A stretch of 64,000 bases of DNA from an uncultured virus (IMG/VR IMGVR_UViG_3300038393_001141) (IMGVR_UViG_3300038393_001141); one strand, 5' to 3'; counted from the first letter of the stretch, positions 18,470-28,284 are shown. The notes: a model not told the origin generated them from the letters alone. Translations and numbers: made by a program.

Positions 18470-18982
18470 CTATTGGTCCTGATCATTTGTGTTCTCCTTT
18501 ATTTCATAGATTCGGTACGCCCACCTTGGGTCTTCGAACACACTTTTCACCATCTCAACCTGGGCTTTTTCCCGTGTGCTGTATGTCTCTTGTGAAATCC
18601 ACATTTTTGATGTTGGCCCCCAATATTGAACTCTCCACATTCAACCCTCCTTTATTTCACGTACTCGGAATTCATAGTCTGAATCATCGAAAATGCACCG
18701 CACCATCTTTGCCAGGGCTTCCTCCTTGGATTGGAACGGGACGTTGTATTCTTTAAACCAGAGTTCAGGTAAAGCGCGAGACATAGCTTGTGGCTTAAAC
18801 TCAACGATCCAAGGCATTCAACCCTCCTTCCTGACTCTGAACTTATGGCTGGGCGCCTCAAAAATCCACATGACCATACGCACCTGCGCTTCCTGCTCTG
18901 ATGGAAAAGTACTTGGGGTAGGTACTGGAGACCATCTCGGTGGGCTGAAGGCACTGCTTAGGTACTCAACGATCCAAGGCAT
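18470..18982 (-). CDS. three mini-protein paralogues (18470-18640, 18641-18817, 18818-18982)
   Basis: MWRVQYW..YSTREKAQVEMVKSVFEDPRWAYRI; MPWIVEF..FQSKEEALAKMVRCIFDDSDYEFRV; MPWIVEY..FPSEQEAQVRMVMWIFEAPSHKFRV; TGA-ATG abutting. Confidence 0.8.
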
Positions 18983-18995
18983 TCACCTCTCCCTC

Positions 18996-19436
18996 CTACT
19001 CGTTTTCTTCGACATCCACACGTATATCCACTGTCTCCCAGACTTGGTCTCCGTATCTTTCTATCGCCTCTGCCAGTCCCAGCTCCTCGGCTTCCTCTTC
19101 AGTTTCAGCCTCCACTTCAACAGCACACCCCTCTGACCGAGTTACATACACCGTGTATTTCACCTCTCCCTCCTATTCGTTTTCGTTACCCGGCTCGTCG
19201 TTTACCTGAAGTTCGCCACCCACAAACTCACACTCCACGCTGGACTCATAATCCACCTCACCATTCTCAAGCAGGGGATCGACCAAATAGCCCAAGACTT
19301 CTTCTGCGTACTCTCCATGTTGTATATCGTTAGGTGTGAATTGATCATACGCCTTTTGTACAGCGCCCCTAATAGACTCAGCATCCACAACCACAGGAAC
19401 TATAACTGTTACATATTGGTGTACTCTGTATCTCAC
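18996..19436 (-). CDS. two acidic small proteins (18996-19163, 19173-19436) with V.V.VEA/VDA motif
   Basis: Each preceded by the identical RBS block AGGAGGGAGAGGTGA (+ strand 19160, 19433; a third copy at 18983 precedes the 18982 gene). Confidence 0.65.
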
Positions 19437-20429
19437 CTCTCCCTCCTGTACCATTCGTGTGCTTTGTCTTCGAGTTCCCAGAAGTTGTACTGGTGTTCGT
19501 TGCAGTAGTGCATAATGTTTGCCAGGAGTTCCGATAGTGCGAACTTACGTTCTTCGTCTTCCAGGACGCTGTGACTTATTATGTTTTCAATGCGCCGGAT
19601 GTACGGCAGTGGGTCTTGTTTTATGGTTTGTAGTTGGGTGTTCATTTGTATAGTCCTGTAAATCTGTATTTTCGAATGCCGCTATCGCTCTTCCAACGCG
19701 CTTGCACTCCTGAACTGTGGCGTATTGCCCTAAAAACTCATACGCTCCTTGATTGAAGAAGCGGCAATCTCCAATGTAGATAGCCCCCGTCCAAGGACCT
19801 CTAAAAACTCCCCAAGGTGCTGCCGGCTTACTCATGACTGCTGAATCACTTCCGCTGATTTAAGAGCGCCGGTTTCGCCGTCGAATGTGATGCGTAGGTT
19901 TGTAATTTCGCTGCTTGTGTAATACATGCAATTGAATCGTTCCGCATTTGCCTCCACAACAACATCAGGCTTTGTCTCAGGCTTGACGCGGTATTGGAGT
20001 TCCTCACACCAAGCAGGCTCTTCTGTGTCCTCCCAAGTGTCTTGGTCGTCTTGCCTATACTGAATCTCATGCCCTTCAGCGTGGGCGATTCTTTCTTTGT
20101 AATGTGGTCTTTGTGTTGGCATTTGTTTTTCCTTAGGGTAATGTAGTGGGTATCCACAATTTCCGCAGTCGGACGGTGGCGTTGAGACGCTATAATATGA
20201 GTGAACCATCTCACAATGGACGCATTCAACCTCACGCATACTCACACCACTCAGTAAAGTCGCTACCATCGGTCTCTTCAAAATGCTCCACGAACTGCCA
20301 GTCTAGTAAGCAGGACTCAGGCATGAACTTCTGCAATTGGCATGTCAAAACACCCCCTATACCATCGCTTGCGTCTGAGTCATCATTTGCCTCAACTAGA
20401 ACCTCAACTACAGCTCTGAACTTTTTCAC
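19433..20429 (-). CDS. cluster of small hypothetical genes (19433-19645, 19587-19835, 19832-20281 possibly two genes, 20232-20429)
   Basis: Overlapping start/stop coupling on the minus strand. Confidence 0.55.
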
Positions 20430-20430
20430 C

Positions 20431-20907
20431 TCACCCTCCGAAATAAAACTGTTGGCAGTATTCTATGACTGCTTTGTGCTCTGAGTTTGTCATCGGGTAG
20501 TTGGTCCATGGTGTGCCCCAGTCCTGGTATTGGATACGTGGGTTTTCTGGCTGGTAGTGTTCGTCCAGGTCTCCGATGATTCGCACCGCTGGGCCTCCGG
20601 TGCATAGTAGGATTTCAAACTCAGATGGGTCGAGCTTCATGTCGTATGGGTCCATCCACCCAGTGCGGACTTGGACTGAGAGCGGGTCTTCGTGGATTTG
20701 TTGTTGTGCTTCTTCTTGGTCAGCACAGCCGTTGGCCTGGCGCTCCAGTTCTTCCAGCTCAGCTATGTGTCCCGCCATGCTGTCTCTCTGTAACTCTCGC
20801 AGTTCTTCTAGCATGTCGTAATCCACATGCAGTGCCGCCACCATTTCCTTGATGGATTCCAGTTGTGCTCGGGCCTGGTCTCTTGCGTTGTTGTCTTCGG
20901 TTGTCAT
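20431..20907 (-). CDS. phage hypothetical protein
   Basis: 158 aa with RBS; EDPLSV...EILLCTGGPAVRI...YQDWGTPW looks like a recurrent phage family. Confidence 0.7.
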   Translation of the reverse strand: MTTEDNNARDQARAQLESIKEMVAALHVDYDMLEELRELQRDSMAGHIAELEELERQANGCADQEEAQQQIHEDPLSVQVRTGWMDPYDMKLDPSEFEILLCTGGPAVRIIGDLDEHYQPENPRIQYQDWGTPWTNYPMTNSEHKAVIEYCQQFYFGG

Positions 20908-20968
20908 TGATTAATTCCTTGTTAAGTGTTGTGTAGTATACGTACTGATGACTGCTGTTGCAAGTTAT

Positions 20969-21178
20969 TTATTCTTGCGAATTGACAGGTTTTTGTGTTT
21001 CTGTGTCCATGATTCTGTATTCGAAATGTGATCCATTGAACTTGCGGATTACTATCTCTACCTGCGCTGCTTCTAAGGTGTCGAATACGTTAGGCTCAAC
21101 ACTCGATGGCAACCACTGGTATACAGAGTGGACCCATACCTGTATCTTGTACCGATCCACTAGGGGGAACGTCCTCAT
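20969..21178 (-). CDS. mini-protein paralogue
   Basis: YKIQVW...W...FDTLEAAQVEIVIRKF...EYRIM. Confidence 0.7.
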   Translation of the reverse strand: MRTFPLVDRYKIQVWVHSVYQWLPSSVEPNVFDTLEAAQVEIVIRKFNGSHFEYRIMDTETQKPVNSQE

Positions 21179-21382
21179 CACAAACTCCTTGTTGTGATTT
21201 GATGTTGGTTTAGACGATGTACCCTGTCTTCGGATCGAGTTTGAAACCCATCCAATCGTGTATTGGAGAGCTGTGCATGTGCTCTCCTGCAATGCGGTAA
21301 GCTTCCGCAATAGAAGTTGCGTTCACATCAAACAAGTGCTCGCCGCCTGCGAACACCCCAAACATATTTGCGTACCGGTCCA

Positions 21383-21774
21383 TCACAAACTCCAGGTTCT
21401 TATAGGTAGGTTTTTGAATGCTGCTATGGCTTCGGCAACAGCTCGGGCTTCTTCGAGGGTTTCGAATGTGTCCAGTAGGATAAACGAACTGGAGCCTCCA
21501 CTTTCTACAGGCAGGTTGTCTCCTTCACGAGCAACGGCAATGCCTCCGGGTACATGAGACCTCTCGATCTCTACCACCACATACCTTCTCATTTCGAAAG
21601 GGCGTTGAGTGCCAGGGCTACGGCCTCTGCTTCTTCGAGGGTGTCATGACGAGTCAGTGTGCTGTGCCTGCTGATGATTGCGCCATTAGGAAATCTGTCT
21701 TCGACAGCCCATCCACCGATCAAGGCAACCACGTAATATCTGGCCGGCATTAGTGCGTCAAGCGGGTCATTCAT
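21383..21774 (-). CDS. two small paralogues (21383-21592, 21589-21774)
   Basis: RYVVV/RYYVV...TLEEA.AVA.A motif in both. Confidence 0.7.
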
Positions 21775-22105
21775 GACTGCTGTTCCTCGGACTCCACGAT
21801 TTCGTATTGGTAGCCGTATTCAAAGACTCGCTTGGCCAGCTCAGTCTGTGCTTCTTCCAGGGTTGTGAATTTATATGGCTCTTGCCTGGAAGGTCCGAAT
21901 TCGTGAGTGAGGCGCGCCTTGTACCACAGACTGTAGGTTTTCATTTCTGCACCTCAACGACTCTATATTGATGTCCGTTTCTAAATGTGCGAACTGCCAG
22001 TTCAGTCTGCGCTTCTTCCAGGGTTGTGAAATAGTCCGGGGGTATGTTTACTCTGTACCACGCATCCATATCTGCGATATAGAACTCCAAGGTGTAGGTT
22101 TTCAT
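21771..22105 (-). CDS. two mini-protein paralogues (21771-21944, 21941-22105)
   Basis: Both start MKTY and share FTTLEEAQTELA.R.F..G.QY; near-identical 29-bp DNA at 21841 and 22002. Confidence 0.8.
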
Positions 22106-22566
22106 TTAGCACCTTTCCTTGCGGCTTCCTCAGCGTCCAGCGCCTTCAGCATTTCATCGTACTCGTCGGACTCATCATCGCCTTCAGCTGCCAGCTTCGC
22201 CGCTAAGCGATCAAATTCATCCATTGTATCCATCTCCGCTGCGCGGGCTGCTTTCCATCGCTCACCAGCCGCTGCGATACCCTTCCACTCACGTTCCCAT
22301 TCTTTCTCTTCGCGTTCCAGGGTAGCTTTTGATTTACCTTTTGGCCGACCAACGGGATTAGGTGTGTCTGATTGTTTTGTGTTTTTGGTATCAGCATTTG
22401 ATACTGGCGGTATGACTGCTGCGGACACTCCTCTAACTACCGCTGCTATTGTTGTCCTGCAAAATGCCGGCACTGTCTGATCCAAGGGTTTTGCTTTCGC
22501 CAGTATGTCTGCGTACAAATCGTCAGACACCTGCATTTGTATCAGTTTTGTCATTGAAGTCTCCAT
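22102..22566 (-). CDS. putative DNA-binding protein (RHH-like N-terminus, AT-hook-like GRPKG)
   Basis: KLIQMQVSDDLYADI..KAK....TVPAFCR pattern; PVGRPKGK. Confidence 0.55.
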   Translation of the reverse strand: METSMTKLIQMQVSDDLYADILAKAKPLDQTVPAFCRTTIAAVVRGVSAAVIPPVSNADTKNTKQSDTPNPVGRPKGKSKATLEREEKEWEREWKGIAAAGERWKAARAAEMDTMDEFDRLAAKLAAEGDDESDEYDEMLKALDAEEAARKGAK

Positions 22567-22689
22567 AGAATACCAAAATCGGTAGCCATAATTATCTATG
22601 GGTTTTACCTAAAAGTCAATGGGAAAATTATGTGTTTCTATGGGTTTACTATGTAACTTTTTGATGGTTTTATGCTTAAATTGATTAAA

Positions 22690-23165
22690 AAGCAGGCAAT
22701 GTTTCAGTTTTGGGGTGGGATTGTAGCAATTTGCGTATCAGCCAGGGTTGGAGCTGCTACAAATCAAAATCCTCTGGAAGCCCCTATTCATGCGGGTTGC
22801 AGAGGTATGACACTGACATTGTTTCAATGTTTCAGTTTTTTTGAGAGTGGAGCCACCCCCAGGAAAATAAAATAAATAATTCCTGGCTCATAATTATTTA
22901 TTTTTCAAAAACATAGAGTGACACTCTTTCTACTGAAACATTGCAACATTGCAACAAATAAGTCTGGAGAACCGCATGGATACTGGATTCCTGCTTTGTA
23001 TCAAATTACAATGTCATGAGTTTTGGACTGCAACTTTGCTACAAAGCCCTATCCATGCGGGTTTCAGAGCCGCCCCTTTGGCGCGATTTTTATGCGGCTA
23101 TGCAACGGATTGCACATTTATGATGTTGTCATGTTGAGCAGTTAACTTTTCAATGACTTACATGA
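22690..23165. repeat. non-coding region with interleaved direct/inverted repeats (origin-like)
   Basis: CCCTATYCATGCGGGTTKCAGAG at ~22782 and ~23047, inverted variant at ~22964; TGCTACAAA x2 plus inverted; AATGTTTCAG x2 plus inverted. Confidence 0.6.
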
Positions 23166-23293
23166 CTTCCAATTTCAAACATGCTGTAAGTACTTGATTG
23201 CAAAGCTCCTCAACATGACAGAGACATATTAATAACCCAGACCCGCAAGGGTCGCTAATCCTTGCGGAGTTTCGTGCGGCGCTCATCAGTGGG

Positions 23294-23812
23294 TTAAGCC
23301 ACTTTCTTTTGTGCCTCTTCGTATTTGGTCACTGCGACCCTGACATCATCCAGTAAATCCTTGTGGATGACCTGCTTGATATTGGTCGTGGCATTCACCT
23401 CTTTCTCAGCACGTTTGAGCATGGCCTGCACGATTTCCAACACATCAAACACAGAAGATATATTTTGTGGTTTAGTAGCATGTTCCCACCATTTTTGCTG
23501 CATGAGGTATTCGATATCGAAGTCGCCTTCAAAAGACTTGTTAAACCGGAACTTCACATCCTTTTTCTGCCATATGGCCGGCGAATATTTTTCAACCCAA
23601 GTTATGATAGCCTTCATGTCGGCACCACCGAGAACCCCAACCAGCCGGGTGAATCCATCCACGTTATTGTGGGCAAAAGCATTCCTCGCGCAAAGCGCCA
23701 GGACAATCTGGACATCATCCCGCCATGCTGCATGTTTTTTACCTAGCAAGTCAATTTTAGCGTTCAGGGTTTTTGTGGACTCTTCAGCGAGTGATAATTT
23801 TTGTGTTGCCAT
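23294..23812 (-). CDS. first gene of the leftward early operon, hypothetical
   Basis: 172 aa, GGAG RBS, behind a long structured leader. Confidence 0.75.
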   Translation of the reverse strand: MATQKLSLAEESTKTLNAKIDLLGKKHAAWRDDVQIVLALCARNAFAHNNVDGFTRLVGVLGGADMKAIITWVEKYSPAIWQKKDVKFRFNKSFEGDFDIEYLMQQKWWEHATKPQNISSVFDVLEIVQAMLKRAEKEVNATTNIKQVIHKDLLDDVRVAVTKYEEAQKKVA

Positions 23813-23839
23813 GGTTTTATGCTCCAGTGAGTTAGATTA

Positions 23840-23983
23840 GTTTGACTATGAAGTCTCGTTAGAAACCCCATAGAGAAACACCGTAGTTCGCTAGGCTACG
23901 GTGAAATGCCGGGTCGCTAATCCGGCAAGTCTCGACTGGTTAAGCCAGTCAATCTATTCAGCCACTGCTGAACTCAGTCAAAC
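23840..23983 (-). ncRNA. putative structured leader RNA (multi-hairpin domain)
   Basis: Five consecutive hairpins enclosed by the GTTTGACT/AGTCAAAC inverted repeat. Confidence 0.5.
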
Positions 23984-24294
23984 CCCGACACGTTCATCGG
24001 ACCCGCGTACAGTAATTCATTACCTGCTCGGCAGCGCTTAGACCTGGTAGTCACTCTAAAGGTGGTTCCTGTTACCCGTACTATGCATTAGATGCTTTTC
24101 TGGCAGCCCTTCCCTATCCCGCTGGCCCTAATTCGTGTTATTTCGCACCGGGAAGGCACATCCCCGCCAATCAAATTCGTTTCCTACACTCTAGTTTTCT
24201 TGTCGCCTATCTGACCTAGACCCCCCACCCAGGGACCAAGGCACCCGACCCCCGCCGTCCGTCCTACCTAAGCCTCTTACAGAAAATTCTGTTT

Positions 24295-25221
24295 TTGTGG
24301 CATGCATTTGTCATATCTAGGAAAATTTTTCCCAAATTACCACACTACTGTAAACAAGACAACGCAATACGCATACAAGTACTATTGACACAACAACTTA
24401 CACATGTAATACTCGCAACACACAATACAGGAAACAGTACAAGGTCACAATTGCCCACCCCAATACGGCCTGCTGGCATCCGAATCCTGTTGCTGGATAT
24501 CGAAACCTCCCCAAACATCGTGTATTCCTGGGGGTTATTCAACCAAAACATCTCTATAGACCAGGTAATCGAGCATACGAAAATCCTGTCGTGGGCAGCC
24601 AAGTGGCTGCATGACCCTAAAATACATTTCGCGTCCAGACAGCAGAGAAAACCAATACAGATGCTGGGTAAGATTCACAAGCTACTGGACGAGGCAGATG
24701 CGGTGGTTCACTACAACGGAAAGTCCTTTGACATCAAACACCTCCAGCGAGAGTTCCTGGAGCATGGATTTGCGCCTACAAGCCCGTTCAAGCAGATAGA
24801 CCTGCTGTCGACGATGCGTCAAAACTTCAGGTTCTTGAGCAATAAGCTGCAGTACGTGCTGGGAGCCCTGGAATTGGGCGAGAAGGCAGACACCGGAGGG
24901 TTTAAAACCTGGATTGGGTGCATGAAAGGCGACCCGAAATCATGGGAAACCATGAAAAAGTACAACATCCAGGACGTGCTGGAGATGGAAAAGCTCTACC
25001 GGAAGCTTCTACCTTGGATCAAGGGCCATCCGAACGTAGCTCTGTACGAAGCAGACAAGGACATATGCCCATCTTGTGGGGGTGACCACATCCAAAAGCG
25101 TGGGTACTACACAGGTTTGACGTATAGGTATCAAAAATTCAGCTGCATGACGTGCAAGACATGGTTCAGGAGCGCGAGGAGTGATGGTGGGAGGCAAACA
25201 AAGTTTGTGAGGGCTGTGTAA
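24295..25221 (+). CDS. RNase H/DnaQ-fold exonuclease with C-terminal Zn ribbon (true start probably ~24450)
   Basis: LDIETSP, YNGKSFD, IDLL, YNIQDV; CPSCG...CMTC. Confidence 0.85.
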   Translation: MWHAFVISRKIFPKLPHYCKQDNAIRIQVLLTQQLTHVILATHNTGNSTRSQLPTPIRPAGIRILLLDIETSPNIVYSWGLFNQNISIDQVIEHTKILSWAAKWLHDPKIHFASRQQRKPIQMLGKIHKLLDEADAVVHYNGKSFDIKHLQREFLEHGFAPTSPFKQIDLLSTMRQNFRFLSNKLQYVLGALELGEKADTGGFKTWIGCMKGDPKSWETMKKYNIQDVLEMEKLYRKLLPWIKGHPNVALYEADKDICPSCGGDHIQKRGYYTGLTYRYQKFSCMTCKTWFRSARSDGGRQTKFVRAV

Positions 25222-25361
25222 TGGTGCAGATCAGCGAGTACATGATGCATGACGTAATTCTCGGACTGTTGGGACTCTCGGTTCTGGCGGCGATCGTGGC
25301 TATGGGTGTCACCTGGGTGTTCTCACAGTTCTTTGAAGTACTTGAGAGGGATGAGGATTGA
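25221..25361 (+). CDS. small single-TM membrane protein
   Basis: Manual ORF MVQISEYMMHDVILGLLGLSVLAAIVAMGVTWVF..., coupled to both neighbours. Confidence 0.55.
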   Translation: MVQISEYMMHDVILGLLGLSVLAAIVAMGVTWVFSQFFEVLERDED

Positions 25362-25849
25362 CCTCTCTGAAGACCATAGCCCACCTCCCGGTTGGTCTCT
25401 ATGACGAGATCGCGATCGGTAAGGATGAGTTTTTTGTCGTGTTTTCAAGGTATGGGTACGACGAGGCTTTCGCTACTCAGTGCCGGGAGGACAAGCGGTT
25501 TCAGGTACTCGTCAACGAGCGTCGGTCAGAACTCGAAAAAACCGGGCAGTTGCACATCCACAGAGCCCAGGCAGTGGCAGACATGGCACTCACAGAGCTT
25601 GCCGGACGCATAGGAGACCCCCTAACCACAACACCTGTGCTGCTCAGCATTTATCAAACCGCGGCGAAATTAGGCCGTCTGGAGCCCCAAAACAACGCAG
25701 CAGTGGCCGCAGGACCGGGGTTCAGCATAAGCATCCACCTGGACGGAAAACCCGCGGAAAAAGTCGTAGAGGCCCAGGTCATCGAGCACGACGATCTCGG
25801 ACCGGTTCCGGAATATTTGATCTCAAACGATTTGGAGTACAAGGAATGA
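25358..25849 (+). CDS. terS: probable terminase small subunit
   Basis: Size, helical content, GPGFSISIHL tail, position upstream of terL. Confidence 0.6.
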   Translation: MTSLKTIAHLPVGLYDEIAIGKDEFFVVFSRYGYDEAFATQCREDKRFQVLVNERRSELEKTGQLHIHRAQAVADMALTELAGRIGDPLTTTPVLLSIYQTAAKLGRLEPQNNAAVAAGPGFSISIHLDGKPAEKVVEAQVIEHDDLGPVPEYLISNDLEYKE

Positions 25850-26190
25850 AAGAACTCTCGTTGACTCCGTACCCAGGAACGGTGTTTGTGTTCAATAAAC
25901 TCAAAGAGCTGAGGAAAAAATACAAGCAGCTGTGCGGAGTCAAGTATCCATATCACGACAACGAGCTCACCAGTGGTAGGTACATCTACATAGAGGGCAA
26001 TGAAGGCCAGGTGTGGTTCTTGGTTTACGGCAATAGAGCGTCCACACTGGCACACGAGTTTGTGCATTGCCTGCTGAAGCTGTTTGAGATCGTCGACATA
26101 GACCCCAGAGATAGCAAGGGGGAGCCTTTGTGCTACATGCTATCCCGACTGATGCGGCAAACCCTGGATGAAGAGGCGATGAACGAGTAA
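25846..26190 (+). CDS. small HExxH metallopeptidase-like protein
   Basis: TLAHEFVH...GEPLCYML; ATG overlaps the terS stop. Confidence 0.6.
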   Translation: MKELSLTPYPGTVFVFNKLKELRKKYKQLCGVKYPYHDNELTSGRYIYIEGNEGQVWFLVYGNRASTLAHEFVHCLLKLFEIVDIDPRDSKGEPLCYMLSRLMRQTLDEEAMNE

Positions 26191-27587
26191 TGCACATCGA
26201 CTACACTCCGCCGCCGACAGTCGGTAAGTTCTTGAAATCCAGTGCTTTTGCCAAGATTATCATGGGACCTGTCGGCTCCGGAAAAACCACGGGGTTGCTG
26301 TTCGACATACCCAAAATGGCTAGGGAGCAGAGAAAGGGGCCGGAAGGCATACGCAGGTTCAGGGCGGTGATAGTCCGGAACACTTACGCTCAGCTTCAAG
26401 ATACATCGCTAAAGTCTTGGTTTACATGGTTTCCTGAGCATACGGCGGGGGACTATGCCCGCACGAACAAGGTCTTCACCATGCGGTTTGACGACGTGGA
26501 GTGTGAGGTATGGTTCAGACCATTGGATACCGCCGAAGACGTTAAGAAGCTGCTATCTGTGGAGGCGTCGGTCATTTGTTTCGATGAGGCCCGGGAGATT
26601 AACCCGGAGATATGGCAGGCTGCTTCAGGGCGGGTAGGACGATACCCAAGCAAGAAGGATGGTGGCCCGTACAAAGAGGATGGTACTCCGAATTTCGGCT
26701 TGAGGGCGTCCACAAATCCGCCGGATGGGGACACATACTGGCAGGAACTCATTGAAAATCCGCCAGAAAATACCGAAGTATTCATCCAGCCGTCAGCGCT
26801 GTCTCCGGAAGCCGAGAACCTGGAGAACCTACCGGAAAATTACTACGAGAACCTATGCCATGGAAAAACAGAGGACTGGATAGACGTATACGTCCGGTCG
26901 AAGATGGGTAAATCGCTGGCCGGGCAGCCTGTTTTCAGAGCGTTCGACACAGAAACCCATGTGGCCAAGGAAGAACTCAAGCCTTCGGCCTTGAATGGGA
27001 CGCTGTGGGTCGGGATTGACAATGGACTGTCGCCAGCAGCGGTGCTTGGGCAGGTGGATTTCAACGGCAGGGTGGTGGTTTATGACGCTATTTTCGCAGA
27101 AGGATTGGGCGCCCTGCGGTTTTGCCGCGAGAGGCTGAAGCCTCTGCTGGCCAGGAAGTACCCTGGGTTCAAGGTTCAACTTATTGCTGACCCTGCGTGT
27201 AACCAGCGTCAACAAACCGATGAGAAGACGATCGTGGATATCTACCGTACAGAAGGTCTTCAGATAACCACAGCAAAAACCAATGCCCTGGCAGCCCGAA
27301 TTGCCTCAGTGGATTACTACCTGACCAGGACGGTGGAGGGCAAGAGCTCCATTTTGCTGTGCCCGGTAGGATGCAAGCCTCTCATACAAGCCCTACGAGG
27401 AAAATACAGGTACAAAACAAATACCAAGGGAGAAACGGACACAACACCAGAAAAAAGCCATCCCCACAGTGATTTGTCCGACAGTTTAATGTATCTCTGT
27501 TTACACGCTAACGCCGGCTCCATATACGGCGCACCTACAAACACAATACAAAGACGAGAGATAAAACCCGCTACACATGCATGGTAA
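26190..27587 (+). CDS. terL: terminase large subunit
   Basis: MGPVGSGKT Walker A, CFDEARE Walker B, STNPP, GIDNG and SDLSDSLMY RNase H-like nuclease residues. Confidence 0.95.
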   Translation: MHIDYTPPPTVGKFLKSSAFAKIIMGPVGSGKTTGLLFDIPKMAREQRKGPEGIRRFRAVIVRNTYAQLQDTSLKSWFTWFPEHTAGDYARTNKVFTMRFDDVECEVWFRPLDTAEDVKKLLSVEASVICFDEAREINPEIWQAASGRVGRYPSKKDGGPYKEDGTPNFGLRASTNPPDGDTYWQELIENPPENTEVFIQPSALSPEAENLENLPENYYENLCHGKTEDWIDVYVRSKMGKSLAGQPVFRAFDTETHVAKEELKPSALNGTLWVGIDNGLSPAAVLGQVDFNGRVVVYDAIFAEGLGALRFCRERLKPLLARKYPGFKVQLIADPACNQRQQTDEKTIVDIYRTEGLQITTAKTNALAARIASVDYYLTRTVEGKSSILLCPVGCKPLIQALRGKYRYKTNTKGETDTTPEKSHPHSDLSDSLMYLCLHANAGSIYGAPTNTIQRREIKPATHAW

Positions 27588-27630
27588 GACAAGACTTGAT
27601 CACAAGACATAAATGTGATATAAAGCAAGG

Positions 27631-28284
27631 ATGAAAACATGTACAAAATGCGGGGAGGAAAAGGAGCTTTCGGAGTTCTCGAAGAAGGCGTCCTCTAAGG
27701 ACGGGTTACGGCACACATGCAAATGTTGCTGCAACAAGCTACAGGATGACTACAGACTGAAAAATCTCGATAGCATAGCGAAGAGAGGACAGGCGTATCG
27801 CAAGGCAAACCCAGAAAAAATAGCAAAAGACGGCGCCAAGTACCGCGCACTGAACAAAGAAAAGGCAGTTGAATACGCAGCTAAATACTATGCTGCAAAC
27901 AAAGAGGTGTTCTCCGAGAAATCAGCTGTCTGGAGACATCTGAATTTTGAAAAAGCTTCAGCGCAACAAGCTAGATGGCGCAGAGAAAACCCGCATATGA
28001 GGGCAGCAACTGGCGCGAAAAGAAAATCAACAAAGCTGCAGGCTACTCCAGCGTGGTCGGATATAGCCTCAATAGTGAAGATTTACAAATCAGCAGTTGA
28101 AGCCACTCGGTTCACAGGCATCAAGCATCATGTAGACCACATCGTGCCGCTGCAAGGGGGGATAGTGTGTGGCCTACATGTTTCCCACAATTTGATGGTG
28201 CTGCCAGGATCAGACAACAGTAGGAAAGGTAACCGTTATTGGCCAGATATGCCAGTCGCGCATAGGGAGCAACCTCTATGCTAG
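27631..28284 (+). CDS. HNH homing endonuclease
   Basis: N-terminal CTKC...CKCC; C-terminal HVDHIVPL.G..VCGLHV.HNL.....N..KGN. Confidence 0.9.
   Translation: MKTCTKCGEEKELSEFSKKASSKDGLRHTCKCCCNKLQDDYRLKNLDSIAKRGQAYRKANPEKIAKDGAKYRALNKEKAVEYAAKYYAANKEVFSEKSAVWRHLNFEKASAQQARWRRENPHMRAATGAKRKSTKLQATPAWSDIASIVKIYKSAVEATRFTGIKHHVDHIVPLQGGIVCGLHVSHNLMVLPGSDNSRKGNRYWPDMPVAHREQPLC

Noticed and set aside
13400..22110. CRISPR mini-array or integron-like cassette array
   Set aside because: The repeats are pairwise, of different sequences and lie in coding ends/RBSs. There is no constant repeat-spacer period, no attC-like palindromes and no cas operon (the Cas4-like nuclease is a normal replication-module gene).
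25480..25845. N-terminal extension of the 236-aa ORF overlapping terS
   Set aside because: An R/G/P-rich off-frame read of terS; the ATG at 25846, overlapping the terS stop, is the plausible start.
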